64,000 nt of DNA from Candidatus Cloacimonadales bacterium. Lineage in GTDB: Bacteria; Cloacimonadota; Cloacimonadia; Cloacimonadales; JAFGVF01. Location of the stretch: positions 416,001-480,000 of the forward strand of contig CAXXJV010000001.1 of the NCBI GenBank assembly GCA_963663475.2. The letters are read 5' to 3'. Below the pieces are notes generated by a model, which saw nothing but the letters and a program-made list of their open reading frames with translations, did no database searches and was not told the DNA's origin. Positions 49,854 through 60,369 of the stretch are shown here, piece by piece. Position 1 is the first letter of the stretch; the number at the start of each line of letters is the position of its first letter. Both the position numbers and the translations under genes were made by a program.

Positions 49854-50738
49854 ATGAAAAGACTTAGTTTTATTATTATTACTATTGGAGCTATTAGTCT
49901 ATTGCTTGCCCTAATGGCATGTCAAACTAAAGAGGAAGATATGAAAATATGGCATACAATTGCAGCACAAGATTCTACTAGCCAAGAAATTTCCTACTTT
50001 GTTCAACCTAATCTTGACACATCTTACCTGGCTAACAAGCAAATTAAGGCCAGAATAGAAGGAGAATGGACTGATCTTGAGGTTAGTGACTTTCCTCAAT
50101 CATTTGTTAAATGGAATTTCCAAAGAAGATTAGAACAATTAAAAGAGATTAAGGAAGGATTAGAAACTGGTAATATGAGAATGCCGACCTTATCAGGACC
50201 ACACAATGGCATGGTAGCGACCCATGGCAACAAACGCAAAGATGCTATTTTCAGTATTAATAATGCTGTTAAAGGTATGGGTTGGTTGCCCAAGGCAGAA
50301 AAGATTAAAGAAGTAAAGCAGATGCTTTTAGATACTTGGGAAGAAGATATTTTTAAGAAATTAGATGTTTTAACTAAGCTATATGAGCAGGGAGAAGAGA
50401 TTTTTGATATGTCCAAACAGACTTCCCTTGAATTGTATTCTCATCCAGGCTATGAAACCCAATCTTTTTTAAATCAGATGGCTGACCCAGGTGTTACTAT
50501 AGTATTTTTAGATTTACCAGAGTCATATAAATTGAAGTGTATAGTTCAAATGATACATCCCAATAATCCTAATTTAACGGAATATGAAAAAGATGTAGTT
50601 GATTACATCAATCTTGTTCATGACTATTTTCATGGTCAAATGCCTCGCAAATCCATTGGGGTAGTCTATCATGCTATTCAAGTATATGATAATTCTCCAA
50701 AAGGTAAAGGAAAACTTATTAGTCCAATGTTTCCTTAA
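49854..50738 (+). CDS. Lipoprotein, possibly split-barrel FMN-binding (PNPOx-like)
   Basis: Lipobox LMAC; strong RBS; fold call rests on weak resemblance only. Confidence 0.55.
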   Translation: MKRLSFIIITIGAISLLLALMACQTKEEDMKIWHTIAAQDSTSQEISYFVQPNLDTSYLANKQIKARIEGEWTDLEVSDFPQSFVKWNFQRRLEQLKEIKEGLETGNMRMPTLSGPHNGMVATHGNKRKDAIFSINNAVKGMGWLPKAEKIKEVKQMLLDTWEEDIFKKLDVLTKLYEQGEEIFDMSKQTSLELYSHPGYETQSFLNQMADPGVTIVFLDLPESYKLKCIVQMIHPNNPNLTEYEKDVVDYINLVHDYFHGQMPRKSIGVVYHAIQVYDNSPKGKGKLISPMFP

Positions 50739-50769
50739 GTAACAAAGAATTTCACTACAGATAGGGTAT

Positions 50770-51179
50770 AATCCCAGATAGTGTAGTAGAACTTTAGTGA
50801 AGAGTGCAGATTCTTCTTTAAACCCAGATAGTGTAGTAGAGCTTTAGTGAAGAGTGCAGATTATTCTAGCAAAATAGCTTACAGAATTTTGACGCATATA
50901 TTTTATATATTCGGAGAAATTATGGAAGTTACTTTTGCAGAAGAATATAGTGCTGTTCACAAAGGTCTACTGCATTATTGGGTTAAAATCCTACTGCACT
51001 ATTTTTGTTTAACCCAAATGGTGCAATAGAGCTTTAGAGAAGAGTGCTAGATTCTTTTAGCAAAATAGCTTACAGAATTTTGACGCATATTTTTTATATA
51101 TTCGGAGAAATAATGGAAGTTACTTTTGCAAAAGAATATAGTGCTATTCTCAAAGAACTATTGCATTATTTGGGTTTAA
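50770..51179. mobile_element. Tandem cluster of MITE family 1 (one partial and two full copies: 50820-50986, 51008-51179)
   Basis: Near-identical ~170-bp units with TIRs, joined at TA/TTAA-rich junctions. Confidence 0.85.
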
Positions 51180-51324
51180 CCACTTACGTCAAAAAAGATA
51201 CCACTAAATTAAATAATCTTGTTGAATGGAGAAAAACCGATTATTTGTCTTACTGTTATAAAATGACATTGAAAATTATGTATAAGATTAAGAAATCAAA
51301 ACAAATAATAAAGAAGAGGTTTTT

Positions 51325-52698
51325 ATGGTAAAAAGAATTTTACTAGCACTTTTCGTGCTTAGTTCTTTAAGCATAGTCTTAGCTTTAGACAGGTTAAACT
51401 TAGACAAAGCTAAAGAAATGGTATTAGAAAACAATCTAGAATATCTTTCCGTTCAAGCAAGTAGAGATAAAGCAGACTACAATAAAAAGTCAGCCTTTTA
51501 TTCCTATTTACCTAGTGGAAATTTTACAGGTAGCCATACACGCTATGAGCCAGAGCTCATGATGTCAGGTAAGTATAGTAATCAGTTTGGATTAACTCTA
51601 AATCAGCCCTTATTAGCTAATGGAAGTATATATTATAGGAATAAAGTTCAAGCAGAAAATAGTAAATCAGCCAATATTAGTGTAAGGCAGAAAAGAGTAG
51701 AGCTTTTAACTCAAGTTGAGATTTTATACTACAACGTCTTAGAATCCCAGAAGAACTTGCAATTAGCCCAGACCAATGTTGAGAGAGCTTGGAAAGCCTA
51801 TGAAAGTGGTAAAATAAGCTTTCAGCAAAATGTGCTATCTAAAGCTCAACTACTTAGATTACAGGTTGATGCCACTAACAAAGCAATAAGCCAGCTCAAT
51901 AGCAAAAACGCTTATTCTGATGCTTATCGTGCCTTGCAATTATACCTAAATAGTGATGATGATTTTAGTTTAGAGGAAGTAGATTTCATCGCAGAAGAAA
52001 AATCAAAAGATTATCTGAAGATGTCTGGAAAATTTGCCTTGAATGATCAAGGAGCTTTAATTAAGGATACTAAGGCCTATACTAAGCTGTTAAATAAACT
52101 TCTTACTACTTCAATCCAAGAAAATCCTCAAATAGCCATAGCTAAAACAGGTATCAATCTAGCCCAATATTCTTTGAAGCAAGAGCAAAGTTCTTTCCTT
52201 CCTAGTCTAAATTTATCTCTAAATCATAATTGGTCAGCCAATGAACTTGCAACAGACTATGAAGACCAAACAAGTATAATGCTCAATGCCTCAATATCTT
52301 TCTTCCCTTTAATGAATAAAGTCCATAATGTTAATTCTCAAAAAATGAATCTCAAACAAGTGAACTATAATTACCAAGCCCTATTGAAAGATATCAAATC
52401 AAGAATTGAAACATCTTTAAACAACTATTTGATATCTTTGGAAAGAATAGAGCTAGCAGGTCAAACACTAAGACTTAACCAAGAGATATTTAAAGAGCAA
52501 GAAGCAAAGTTTCAGAACAATTTAATTTCAGTCGATGACTATTTAGATTCTCAAGCAGAGCTGGATCAAGCCAGCCTTCAATATAATTCTTCCCTTTATG
52601 GCTTCCTCAAAAGCCAATCTAATCTAGCCTATACAATAGGGTTTGAGGACTCTAGCCAAATCGCAAATATAATTACACTAATTCTAGAGGAGCAATAA
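51325..52698 (+). CDS. TolC-family outer-membrane efflux protein
   Basis: Signal peptide, two OEP repeats (SYLPS, SFLPSLNL). Confidence 0.9.
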   Translation: MVKRILLALFVLSSLSIVLALDRLNLDKAKEMVLENNLEYLSVQASRDKADYNKKSAFYSYLPSGNFTGSHTRYEPELMMSGKYSNQFGLTLNQPLLANGSIYYRNKVQAENSKSANISVRQKRVELLTQVEILYYNVLESQKNLQLAQTNVERAWKAYESGKISFQQNVLSKAQLLRLQVDATNKAISQLNSKNAYSDAYRALQLYLNSDDDFSLEEVDFIAEEKSKDYLKMSGKFALNDQGALIKDTKAYTKLLNKLLTTSIQENPQIAIAKTGINLAQYSLKQEQSSFLPSLNLSLNHNWSANELATDYEDQTSIMLNASISFFPLMNKVHNVNSQKMNLKQVNYNYQALLKDIKSRIETSLNNYLISLERIELAGQTLRLNQEIFKEQEAKFQNNLISVDDYLDSQAELDQASLQYNSSLYGFLKSQSNLAYTIGFEDSSQIANIITLILEEQ

Positions 52699-53804
52699 TG
52701 AACATAAATAAAAATAAAATGATAAAGTTTGTTGGTATAATCTCTCTACTAATCTTAGCTGTCAGCAGTGGATGTGCTAAAAGAGATAAAGAAGATAATC
52801 TTAGTAAAAATGGTAATGGAGCAACAAGAGTAATAGTTGAAACTATCAAAAAAGAACCAATAGTAAGAACAATCCAGCTTTCAGGTAAAGCAGAAGGCAT
52901 AGTAGATATTGATGTACATGCAGAAATTAGTGGCAGACTTGTTTCTCTCAATAAAGCTTTGGGAGATTACGTTAAAGAAGGTCAAGAAATTGGTCGTATT
53001 GAATCTGCCCAATATGAATATGCTTTCAAACAAGCAGAAGCCCAACTTATTGCAGCAGAAGCAGGACTCAAATCAAAAGAGATGCAAGTCAAAGCAGATT
53101 CTCTTCTTTTCTCACAAGAATCAATATCCCAACAAGCCCTTCTAAACTCACAAAATGCTTACCAAATGGCACTAGCTTCCTATAAAGGAGGACAAGCACT
53201 TTATGAACAAAGCAAAAGAACACTTGCTAGAGCAATCATTAAAGCTCCAAAATCAGGCTATATTTCTTATCTTCCTGTAAAAGTAGGAGAAGCTATACAA
53301 GCTAATACCCTGCTTTACTCATTAGTAGATGATTCAGAAATAATTGTCAGAACAGGATTAGGACAAAACTATATCAATCTAATAGATAAAAATGATAAAG
53401 TTTCTATCACCTGTAATTCTACTAATCTTGAGACCAAGGGAATAGTCAAAAGAATTGGTAGATCTGCAAAACTTGGAGATTCACTCTACCCCATAGAAAT
53501 AACATTCAAGAATCCAGGACAAATGAAGTCTGGTATGATACTTAACTTAGAATTGGAAAAAGAGACAGAACAATCTATGTATGCAATCAGATTTTCTGTA
53601 GTAGAACAACGCTATGATAAAAGATATGTCTATGTTGCAGAAGGTGATAAAGCAAAATTAAAAGAAGTAAAATTAGGTGATATGTTTGGCAACAATGTTG
53701 TAGTCACAGAAGGTTTAGCAGAAGGCGACCTTCTTATCGTTGATTCTGCAGGAAAATTATCTGATGGATATCCCATAATTTATAATCAATCAGAAAAGGA
53801 GTAG
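52698..53804 (+). CDS. RND periplasmic adaptor (MFP) lipoprotein
   Basis: Lipobox SSGC, AEISG..GDYVKEGQ, IKAPKSG. Confidence 0.92.
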   Translation: MNINKNKMIKFVGIISLLILAVSSGCAKRDKEDNLSKNGNGATRVIVETIKKEPIVRTIQLSGKAEGIVDIDVHAEISGRLVSLNKALGDYVKEGQEIGRIESAQYEYAFKQAEAQLIAAEAGLKSKEMQVKADSLLFSQESISQQALLNSQNAYQMALASYKGGQALYEQSKRTLARAIIKAPKSGYISYLPVKVGEAIQANTLLYSLVDDSEIIVRTGLGQNYINLIDKNDKVSITCNSTNLETKGIVKRIGRSAKLGDSLYPIEITFKNPGQMKSGMILNLELEKETEQSMYAIRFSVVEQRYDKRYVYVAEGDKAKLKEVKLGDMFGNNVVVTEGLAEGDLLIVDSAGKLSDGYPIIYNQSEKE

Positions 53805-53807
53805 GAT

Positions 53808-56800
53808 ATGTCTCTCCCAAAATTCTCGATAGATAACCCAATTCTCGTAAACATGTTTATGATTATAGTCTTTATATTTGGCTTCATAACCATATACGAG
53901 ATACCAAAAGAAGAAATGCCAGGAATTGAATTCGGTGCATTTAATATTGTAGTTACCTACCCAGGAGTTTCTCCAGAAGAAATTGAACAGAATGTAGTAA
54001 ATAAGATCGAGAAGCAAATCCAACGAATGGATGGTATTGATTATATATCTTCCACTTCCCAAGAAGGAATGGCTACAATCTATGTTCAAATGGAAGCAGA
54101 TGCTGATATGGAAAGAGCTTGGTCGGATATAAATGCAGAACTTGATAAGGTAAATGATTTACCAGAAAACGCTAATGAACCAATAGTTACCGAAATCAAG
54201 ATGCGAGAATTTAATTCAATAGCATCAGTAGTCATTAGTGGTGATAAAGATGATAACACCTTAAGAGAGATTTCAGAAGATTTCGAAGACGCCTTGTTTA
54301 AAATTCCTTTTATCTCAAAAGTAGAAATATCAGGTACAAGAGATCGCCAGTTTTGGATTCAGGTAGATAACGATAGACTAAATCAGCTGGGAATTACTTA
54401 TAATGAAGTTGCTAATATAATTTCTCAAACAAATGCAAATGTTCCTGCGGGAGAATTAGATGTAGGCTCAAGTCAATATCTAGTTCGCACTATGGGAGAA
54501 TATGCAAGTGTAGAGGAAATTGCAAATCAAGTAGTCAGGATGAATAGTGATGGTTCTGCTATCAAGGTAAAAGACTTTGCCCAAGTTTTAGATACCTTAG
54601 AAGACCAAGAAACAATAGGAAAATATAATGGAATGCAAGGAATCAACATATCTGTCTATATGAAGGGAGAAGGTAATATAATAACCGTTATAGAAGATGT
54701 AAAAGAGCTTGCAAATAGATTCCAAGAAGATATTGATGGTATTCGTGTTGATGTAAGAAATGATGGCTCAATCAGGGTAAAGAATAGCATAGCCACTCTT
54801 TCAACAAATGCTCTTATGGGTATTGTTCTTGTATTTATCGTTCTCTATATATTCTTAGGCTTTAAAAATGCTCTTTACGCAGCTTGGGGAATTCCTTTTT
54901 CTTTCCTTCTAACAATTATTTTTATGGATTACTTCGGAGTAACCTTAAATAATCTGAGTCTTTTTGGACTTATCTTAGTCTTGGGTATGATAGTTGATGA
55001 CGCGATTATTGTCTTAGAAAATATCCACAGGTATAGCGAAATGGGTTATACCAAATATGATGCAGCTTTGAAAGGAACTCAAGAAATCATGTGGCCAGTA
55101 ATAGCAGCAGTAGCTACAACAGTCGCTGCTTTTGCTCCAATGCTCTTCATGGAAGGAAACATGGGTAAGTTCTTAGGTAACTTCACTATAGTTGTAAGTT
55201 TAGCCCTTACTGCTTCTCTGATAGAATGTTTATTACTTCTTCCTTCTCATGTTAATGAATTTGGAACAGCAAATTTTGTTGAAGGTCAAGACCATAAGCT
55301 TCATAAAGCCTTAACTTTAAAATATAAGAAAGCAATCTCATGGGTATTAAAACATAGAACAATATCTTTAAGTACAGCCATTCTAGCTCTTATTGCTTCA
55401 GGAGGACTTCTAGTAGCTGGAGCAGTAGGCTTTGAGTTTTTCCCAAAATCAACTCCTAAAACGCTTAAGATTATCATAGAAACTGAAGTAGGTTCAAGTC
55501 TTGATAAAACTAATCAAGTAGTTTCTAAGATTGAACAAGGTATCATTACTATGAAAGAAAAGGACGATATCGAAGCTATTGTTTCTACAATTGGTTCCTA
55601 TAGAGATAGAAGAATTACAGAACAAGCAACTAATTACGCCTCTGTTTCAGTTGATTTAGTTGATGCAGACCTTCTAACTAACGATTATAGGTCTATTCGT
55701 AGAAGAATTATGAAAATACTTGATTCAACTGATGGTTTAAAACTCTATAAACTTAAAGAAGCTCAAGGCGGTGGTCCAAGAGCGGAATATGATATTGAGC
55801 TTAGACTTTATGGTGAAGACATGAAAGAGTTAGATCAGCTTTCAAACTACCTTACTGGTATTCTTGATGAAATACCTGGTGTTGAAGAGATAGAACTAGG
55901 ACAAGCTGATGGTAAATCTGAAATTAGAATTCTTCCTAACAAAAATGCACTCTATATCAATGGTTTAAATGAAGCTTCTATTTCCAATACTGTTGCTACT
56001 GCACTTTATGGAAGAAAAATATCTGTCTTTAGAGGTTCTGGTATTGAAGAATATGACATTATACTCAAGTCAGATAAAGAACAATTATCTAAATTCTCTG
56101 ATTTAGAAAACCTAAAAATACGTAACAAGAATCAACAGTTAATTCCTCTCCAAGATCTAGCTAGCTTCAATATTAGCCAAGCTTCATCTAAAATAGAACA
56201 CTATGATTTAGAAAGAATGTACACAATAACTGCCCAGTGTGGCTTCTATGAAGAAAATGGTGTCCAAAGAAAAAGAGTTCCAAATGAAGTTACAGAAATC
56301 CTCCAAGGTTCTAGAATTAAGGGAACTGAAGGATTACTATCTAACTTTAGTCAAGAAAATCCTGGCTATCGAGTTGAGTTAGGTGGTATCCAGAAACAAC
56401 AAGATGAAACCTATTCTAGCTTAGGTAAAGCTTTTGGGATTGCTCTTTTGTTAATCTTTACTATCCTGGCAACCCAGTTTAAATCATATTTCAAGCCACT
56501 CATTGTTATGTCTGCCCTACCTTTCGCCTTTATTGGTGTGGTATTTGGACTATTTATAACTGGCCAATCATTCTCAATGATGACTATGATTGCCGTGCTT
56601 GCTTTGGCTGGTATTGTGGTGAATGATTCTCTTGTTCTTGTGGATTTCATTAATAAAGAAAGATTTGAAGGTCGTGATAGATGGCATTCTCTTGTTAATG
56701 CAGGAGCTGTAAGACTTAGACCTATCATTATGACTACAGTGACTACTATTGCTGGCTTCTTGCCTATGATATTGTCAAATTCTGTAGCAACAGCTGACTG

Positions 56801-56954
56801 GAAACCAATGGCTACTGCAATTGCCTTCGGACTTGGCTTTGCAACTGTATTAACACTTTTCCTTGTGCCTGTTCTTTACTCTATAGTTGATTCAATCACT
56901 GTGAGAATTACTGGTAAAGGTGAAAAAACTAAAGCTAAAGATGTTCTAAACTAG
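53808..56954 (+). CDS. RND efflux permease (AcrB/AcrD/AcrF family)
   Basis: YPGVSPEE, GMIVDDAII, GIVVND, RLRPIIMT. Confidence 0.96.
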   Translation: MSLPKFSIDNPILVNMFMIIVFIFGFITIYEIPKEEMPGIEFGAFNIVVTYPGVSPEEIEQNVVNKIEKQIQRMDGIDYISSTSQEGMATIYVQMEADADMERAWSDINAELDKVNDLPENANEPIVTEIKMREFNSIASVVISGDKDDNTLREISEDFEDALFKIPFISKVEISGTRDRQFWIQVDNDRLNQLGITYNEVANIISQTNANVPAGELDVGSSQYLVRTMGEYASVEEIANQVVRMNSDGSAIKVKDFAQVLDTLEDQETIGKYNGMQGINISVYMKGEGNIITVIEDVKELANRFQEDIDGIRVDVRNDGSIRVKNSIATLSTNALMGIVLVFIVLYIFLGFKNALYAAWGIPFSFLLTIIFMDYFGVTLNNLSLFGLILVLGMIVDDAIIVLENIHRYSEMGYTKYDAALKGTQEIMWPVIAAVATTVAAFAPMLFMEGNMGKFLGNFTIVVSLALTASLIECLLLLPSHVNEFGTANFVEGQDHKLHKALTLKYKKAISWVLKHRTISLSTAILALIASGGLLVAGAVGFEFFPKSTPKTLKIIIETEVGSSLDKTNQVVSKIEQGIITMKEKDDIEAIVSTIGSYRDRRITEQATNYASVSVDLVDADLLTNDYRSIRRRIMKILDSTDGLKLYKLKEAQGGGPRAEYDIELRLYGEDMKELDQLSNYLTGILDEIPGVEEIELGQADGKSEIRILPNKNALYINGLNEASISNTVATALYGRKISVFRGSGIEEYDIILKSDKEQLSKFSDLENLKIRNKNQQLIPLQDLASFNISQASSKIEHYDLERMYTITAQCGFYEENGVQRKRVPNEVTEILQGSRIKGTEGLLSNFSQENPGYRVELGGIQKQQDETYSSLGKAFGIALLLIFTILATQFKSYFKPLIVMSALPFAFIGVVFGLFITGQSFSMMTMIAVLALAGIVVNDSLVLVDFINKERFEGRDRWHSLVNAGAVRLRPIIMTTVTTIAGFLPMILSNSVATADWKPMATAIAFGLGFATVLTLFLVPVLYSIVDSITVRITGKGEKTKAKDVLN

Positions 56955-56986
56955 AAGCTATATTTGCTTGTGGTGTTTAATTAATT

Positions 56987-57012
56987 AAGGCGGACTTTTG
57001 TTCGCCTTTTTT
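56987..57012 (+). terminator. Terminator of the RND operon
   Basis: AAGGCGGAC TTTT GTTCGCCTT plus T-run. Confidence 0.8.
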
Positions 57013-57190
57013 ATTGCTCTCCCCAAAGTAGAGTGGCGAGGTTCCAGCCCGTATTTACGGAGATGACAAGAAGAAAAAGATCCTTAACACAGAGTTCACA
57101 GAGGTTACCACAGAGTTTAGAAGGGAATGTTTACTCTCCCCGCCTTACGGCACCCCTCTCATACCGCTCTTACGAGCTGAAAGGGGAATG

Positions 57191-57262
57191 TCAATCTCTC
57201 AATCTCTCAATCTCTCAATCTCTCAATCTCTCTATCCCTCAATCTCTCAATCTCTCTATCCC
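57191..57262. repeat. 8-mer tandem repeat (TCAATCTC)x7 with two TCTATCCC variants
   Basis: Nine units read directly; overlaps the pabC 3' end. Confidence 0.92.
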
Positions 57263-57994
57263 TCCAATTAACCAGGGGGAAAATTCAATATCATCAATTG
57301 ATTTAACAGCTACTACTCCCTGAACAGAGTTACTTATAAAAGCTTGTTCGAAGCTTGCTAAGTCATTTAGATAAATATCAACTTCTTCAACAGGGTACTT
57401 GTCAATAATTTTCTGTCTCATAATACCATTTAGAATATTATTATTTGCTTTAGGAGTATAGATTTTCCCTTTTTTACTGAAGAAAATATTAGCATAACAA
57501 CATTCGCAGATCATTCCTTGAGAATTAACTAATAAACCTTCATCATAGCCTTGCTTGCTAGCCAACCTATGCAAGAATACCTGTTCTAGGTAATTAAGAG
57601 ACTTAATATTGCGAAAATCATTAGCTTGATAAGTGTGAGATATGACTTTTATTCGGATGGCTTCTTGCAAAAGATTTAGTTGGGAGGTTAAGATTATCAG
57701 ACTTGATTCTCCTCCTAAATTTTCATAGATTATTATTTTAATTCTCAGGTTATCTTTTTTATTTAAGACAAGTAAATGGCTAATAATCTCCTTATAATCT
57801 ACTTGGGGAAAAGTTAATTTAAGTTTCGCACAAGATGTCTTAAGTCGTAAAATATGCTTATCTAAATCTAAAGCTATTCCGTCTTTTGTTCTTAAAGAAG
57901 TAAAAACCCCATAAGCATATTGGAATCCAGAGCAGGTCAAAGGAATATTAATCTCTGACTCTGATCTATAACAGCCATTATGATAGGCTATCAT
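57239..57994 (-). CDS. pabC: Aminotransferase class IV (likely 4-amino-4-deoxychorismate lyase)
   Basis: H..RL, KSLNY, EGLL, ILNGIMR, NSVQG; downstream of pabA/pabB. Confidence 0.8.
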   Translation of the reverse strand: MIAYHNGCYRSESEINIPLTCSGFQYAYGVFTSLRTKDGIALDLDKHILRLKTSCAKLKLTFPQVDYKEIISHLLVLNKKDNLRIKIIIYENLGGESSLIILTSQLNLLQEAIRIKVISHTYQANDFRNIKSLNYLEQVFLHRLASKQGYDEGLLVNSQGMICECCYANIFFSKKGKIYTPKANNNILNGIMRQKIIDKYPVEEVDIYLNDLASFEQAFISNSVQGVVAVKSIDDIEFSPWLIGGIERLRD

Positions 57995-59271
57995 TTTCCC
58001 TCCTTAATATCTAAAAAGTTTCGAATTTTATGTAATATTTCCTGATACTCATTTGCAGGCTGGGAATCAATAGTAATTGCTCCTCCACTATTAACATAAA
58101 GTTTATCATCAACAATAATACCTGTTCTTATCACAATACTGCTAGTTAAAAAAGTCTTATTTACCAGCAAGATACTACCTGTGTAGAGATTTCTTTTATA
58201 GCTTTCCAAATCTTCGATTACTTTCATGGAAGCTATTTTAGGGCAACCAGTTATTGAACCACCAGGAAAGCAGGCTTTTATCAGATTAACAATTGAAATA
58301 TTTGGTTTTAGTCTGCCCTCCACTATCCCAACCAAGTGAAAAACATTAGCAAAAACTTCTAATTTATTGGGGTTAAGAACCTTGACTGAACCAATTTGAC
58401 AGACTTTTGATAAGTCATTTCTTAGTAAATCAACTATCATGTGTAATTCAGCTAAATCTTTCTTAGAACTCAATAAGAAATCTCTATTAGCTTGATCTTC
58501 TTGGTCATTTTTCCCACGTGGTGCAGTTCCCTTAATAGGTTTAGTACTTACCTTTCCTTGGTCACAATAGAGAAATTGTTCAGGAGAAATACTAGCTACA
58601 GTAAAATCTGAGTAGCTTAAATATGCTGAGAAAGGGCCATTGTTCTTCTCATATAAGTTAAGAAAAAAGGCAAGTGAACTACCTATAAAGTCTGCTGAAA
58701 ATTGCTGAGTAAGGTTAACTTCATAGACTTCTCCTTGCAGGATTAAATCTTGAATAGTTTCCACTTTTTGGCAATATTCACTTTCATTACATTCTTGGGT
58801 AAAGTTTGCTAGCTGATAGTTTTCTAAATAATTAGTTTTTTTAGAAGTTTCATATTCAGTGAAAGCAAATTCTATTTCCCAACATTTATTGTTTTTATTA
58901 TCCCAGTAGCGGTAGTTCTTATAGATAACTAATCTAGCTTGAGGAATCTGATATGAGTATATATTCTTATCAGGTATTGACTCTATATAGCGGCCTAAAT
59001 CATAGTTCAAGTAACCTATCCAACCACATCTGTTAGCAGGATAAACTAAATGAGCAAAATCATACTTATTTATCAGTTTATCAAGTTTAGCCCACACTTG
59101 TTTATCATTAGAGAAAAGAGCTTCTTCAACTGGATTCCAGCCACATATTGAAAATTCTGATTGTAGGGGATCACCAGTTAATAAGGCGGAATTTTGGTAG
59201 TTATTTTCTTTAATCCACAAGCTAGCTTCATTAAAATCTACTTGTTTTATTTTAGCAATTTCAATTTTCAT
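57991..59271 (-). CDS. pabB: Aminodeoxychorismate synthase component I
   Basis: SPEQF, PIKGT, MIVDLLRND, FPGGSITGCPK. Confidence 0.9.
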   Translation of the reverse strand: MKIEIAKIKQVDFNEASLWIKENNYQNSALLTGDPLQSEFSICGWNPVEEALFSNDKQVWAKLDKLINKYDFAHLVYPANRCGWIGYLNYDLGRYIESIPDKNIYSYQIPQARLVIYKNYRYWDNKNNKCWEIEFAFTEYETSKKTNYLENYQLANFTQECNESEYCQKVETIQDLILQGEVYEVNLTQQFSADFIGSSLAFFLNLYEKNNGPFSAYLSYSDFTVASISPEQFLYCDQGKVSTKPIKGTAPRGKNDQEDQANRDFLLSSKKDLAELHMIVDLLRNDLSKVCQIGSVKVLNPNKLEVFANVFHLVGIVEGRLKPNISIVNLIKACFPGGSITGCPKIASMKVIEDLESYKRNLYTGSILLVNKTFLTSSIVIRTGIIVDDKLYVNSGGAITIDSQPANEYQEILHKIRNFLDIKEGK

Positions 59272-59843
59272 TAGCTCTCCAAGTTAGCGAGAAAATTCTT
59301 GATCATCTTACTTCCCTGCGGTGTCATAAAAGATTCAGGGTGAAACTGAATTCCAAAAATAGGCAATCTTTTATGCTCAATAACCATAGGAAGCTGGTCA
59401 CTAGTAGTAGCGGTAATTGCTAGTTGGGAAGATACTTCTGAGATCATAAGAGAGTGATAGCGAGCAACCTTAATCGGTTCACACAAACCTTGCATAATAA
59501 TTCCTGGGTCAAGAATTCTAATTTTTTCCTGTTTACCATGCACTGGATAAGGAGCTTTTATTGTTTTCCCACCAAAGAATTCATTTATACACTGCATACC
59601 TAAACATATACCTAATATTGCTTTAGTTTCATAATACTTGTCTATGATTTCCATAGTTAGGCCAGTATCAGCTGGTCTGCCTGGTCCTGGAGATATTACA
59701 ATTGCCTGGTATTGGGCAACATTTCCCAGCTCTATTGCATTATTCCTTACTACTTCAACTAATCCTGAATAGTTTTGCTGAATTAAGTAATATAAGTTAT
59801 AAGTGAATGAATCATAGTTATCTATCAATAATATTTTTTCCAT
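59271..59843 (-). CDS. pabA: Glutamine amidotransferase PabA/TrpG
   Basis: IDNYDSFT, SPGPG, GICLG, RYHSL, QFHPES. Confidence 0.92.
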   Translation of the reverse strand: MEKILLIDNYDSFTYNLYYLIQQNYSGLVEVVRNNAIELGNVAQYQAIVISPGPGRPADTGLTMEIIDKYYETKAILGICLGMQCINEFFGGKTIKAPYPVHGKQEKIRILDPGIIMQGLCEPIKVARYHSLMISEVSSQLAITATTSDQLPMVIEHKRLPIFGIQFHPESFMTPQGSKMIKNFLANLES

Positions 59844-59943
59844 AGAAGTTAGATTATTTAGTCTTATTATTTAGTCAATTTAATATTTATTTTAGCAAAT
59901 CTTTTTAAAAAAGAGAAAAAATTATTTGACATATTGAGCATAC

Positions 59944-59964
59944 TGTATATATTGTACATATACA
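59944..59964 (+). promoter_or_regulatory. YtrA-type GntR operator overlapping the -10 region
   Basis: TGTATAT-N7-ATATACA inverted repeat; TTGACA at ~59926 just upstream. Confidence 0.7.
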
Positions 59965-59991
59965 TTATATACTAAAACTAAAGGAGTTCAT

Positions 59992-60369
59992 ATGGTAATT
60001 TTAATAAGTAATTCTTCTGAACTACCGATTTACATGCAAATAGTTGAGCAGATTAAGCAACAAATACTAAGCCAAGAACTAAAAGAAGGTCAAATGCTTC
60101 CTTCAATTAGATCATTAGCACGTGACTTAAAAATTAGTGTAATCACTACTAAAAAGGCTTATTCTGAACTAGAGAAAGAAAACTTTGTAGAAACAGTTCC
60201 TGGCAAAGGAACTTTCGTTGCTCAAGCAAACTTAGAATACTTACAGGAAATGAGATTACGTAAGATAGAGAATCATCTTCAAATAGTCTTACAGGAAGCT
60301 AAATTTATCAATTTATCTAAAGAAGATTTAATAGAAATGCTAAACACTTTGCTAGAAGAGGAGAAATAA
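59992..60369 (+). CDS. GntR family regulator, YtrA subfamily
   Basis: PIYMQI, LPSIRSLA, TTKKAY, GKGTFV; short; precedes an ABC ATPase. Confidence 0.95.
   Translation: MVILISNSSELPIYMQIVEQIKQQILSQELKEGQMLPSIRSLARDLKISVITTKKAYSELEKENFVETVPGKGTFVAQANLEYLQEMRLRKIENHLQIVLQEAKFINLSKEDLIEMLNTLLEEEK

Noticed and set aside
50770-51331. CRISPR array, or duplicated small proteins (ORFs 50847-51029, 51044-51331)
   Set aside because: Units are ~170-bp TIR elements with conserved interiors, not repeats with unique spacers; no cas genes; the ORFs are incidental MITE translations
57033-57323. 96-aa plus-strand ORF with SLNLSISQ repeats
   Set aside because: Product of the microsatellite and REP patch, antisense to the pabC end
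57991-59843. trpE/trpG tryptophan operon
   Set aside because: PIKGT motif, adjacent class IV lyase and absence of other trp genes favour pabABC
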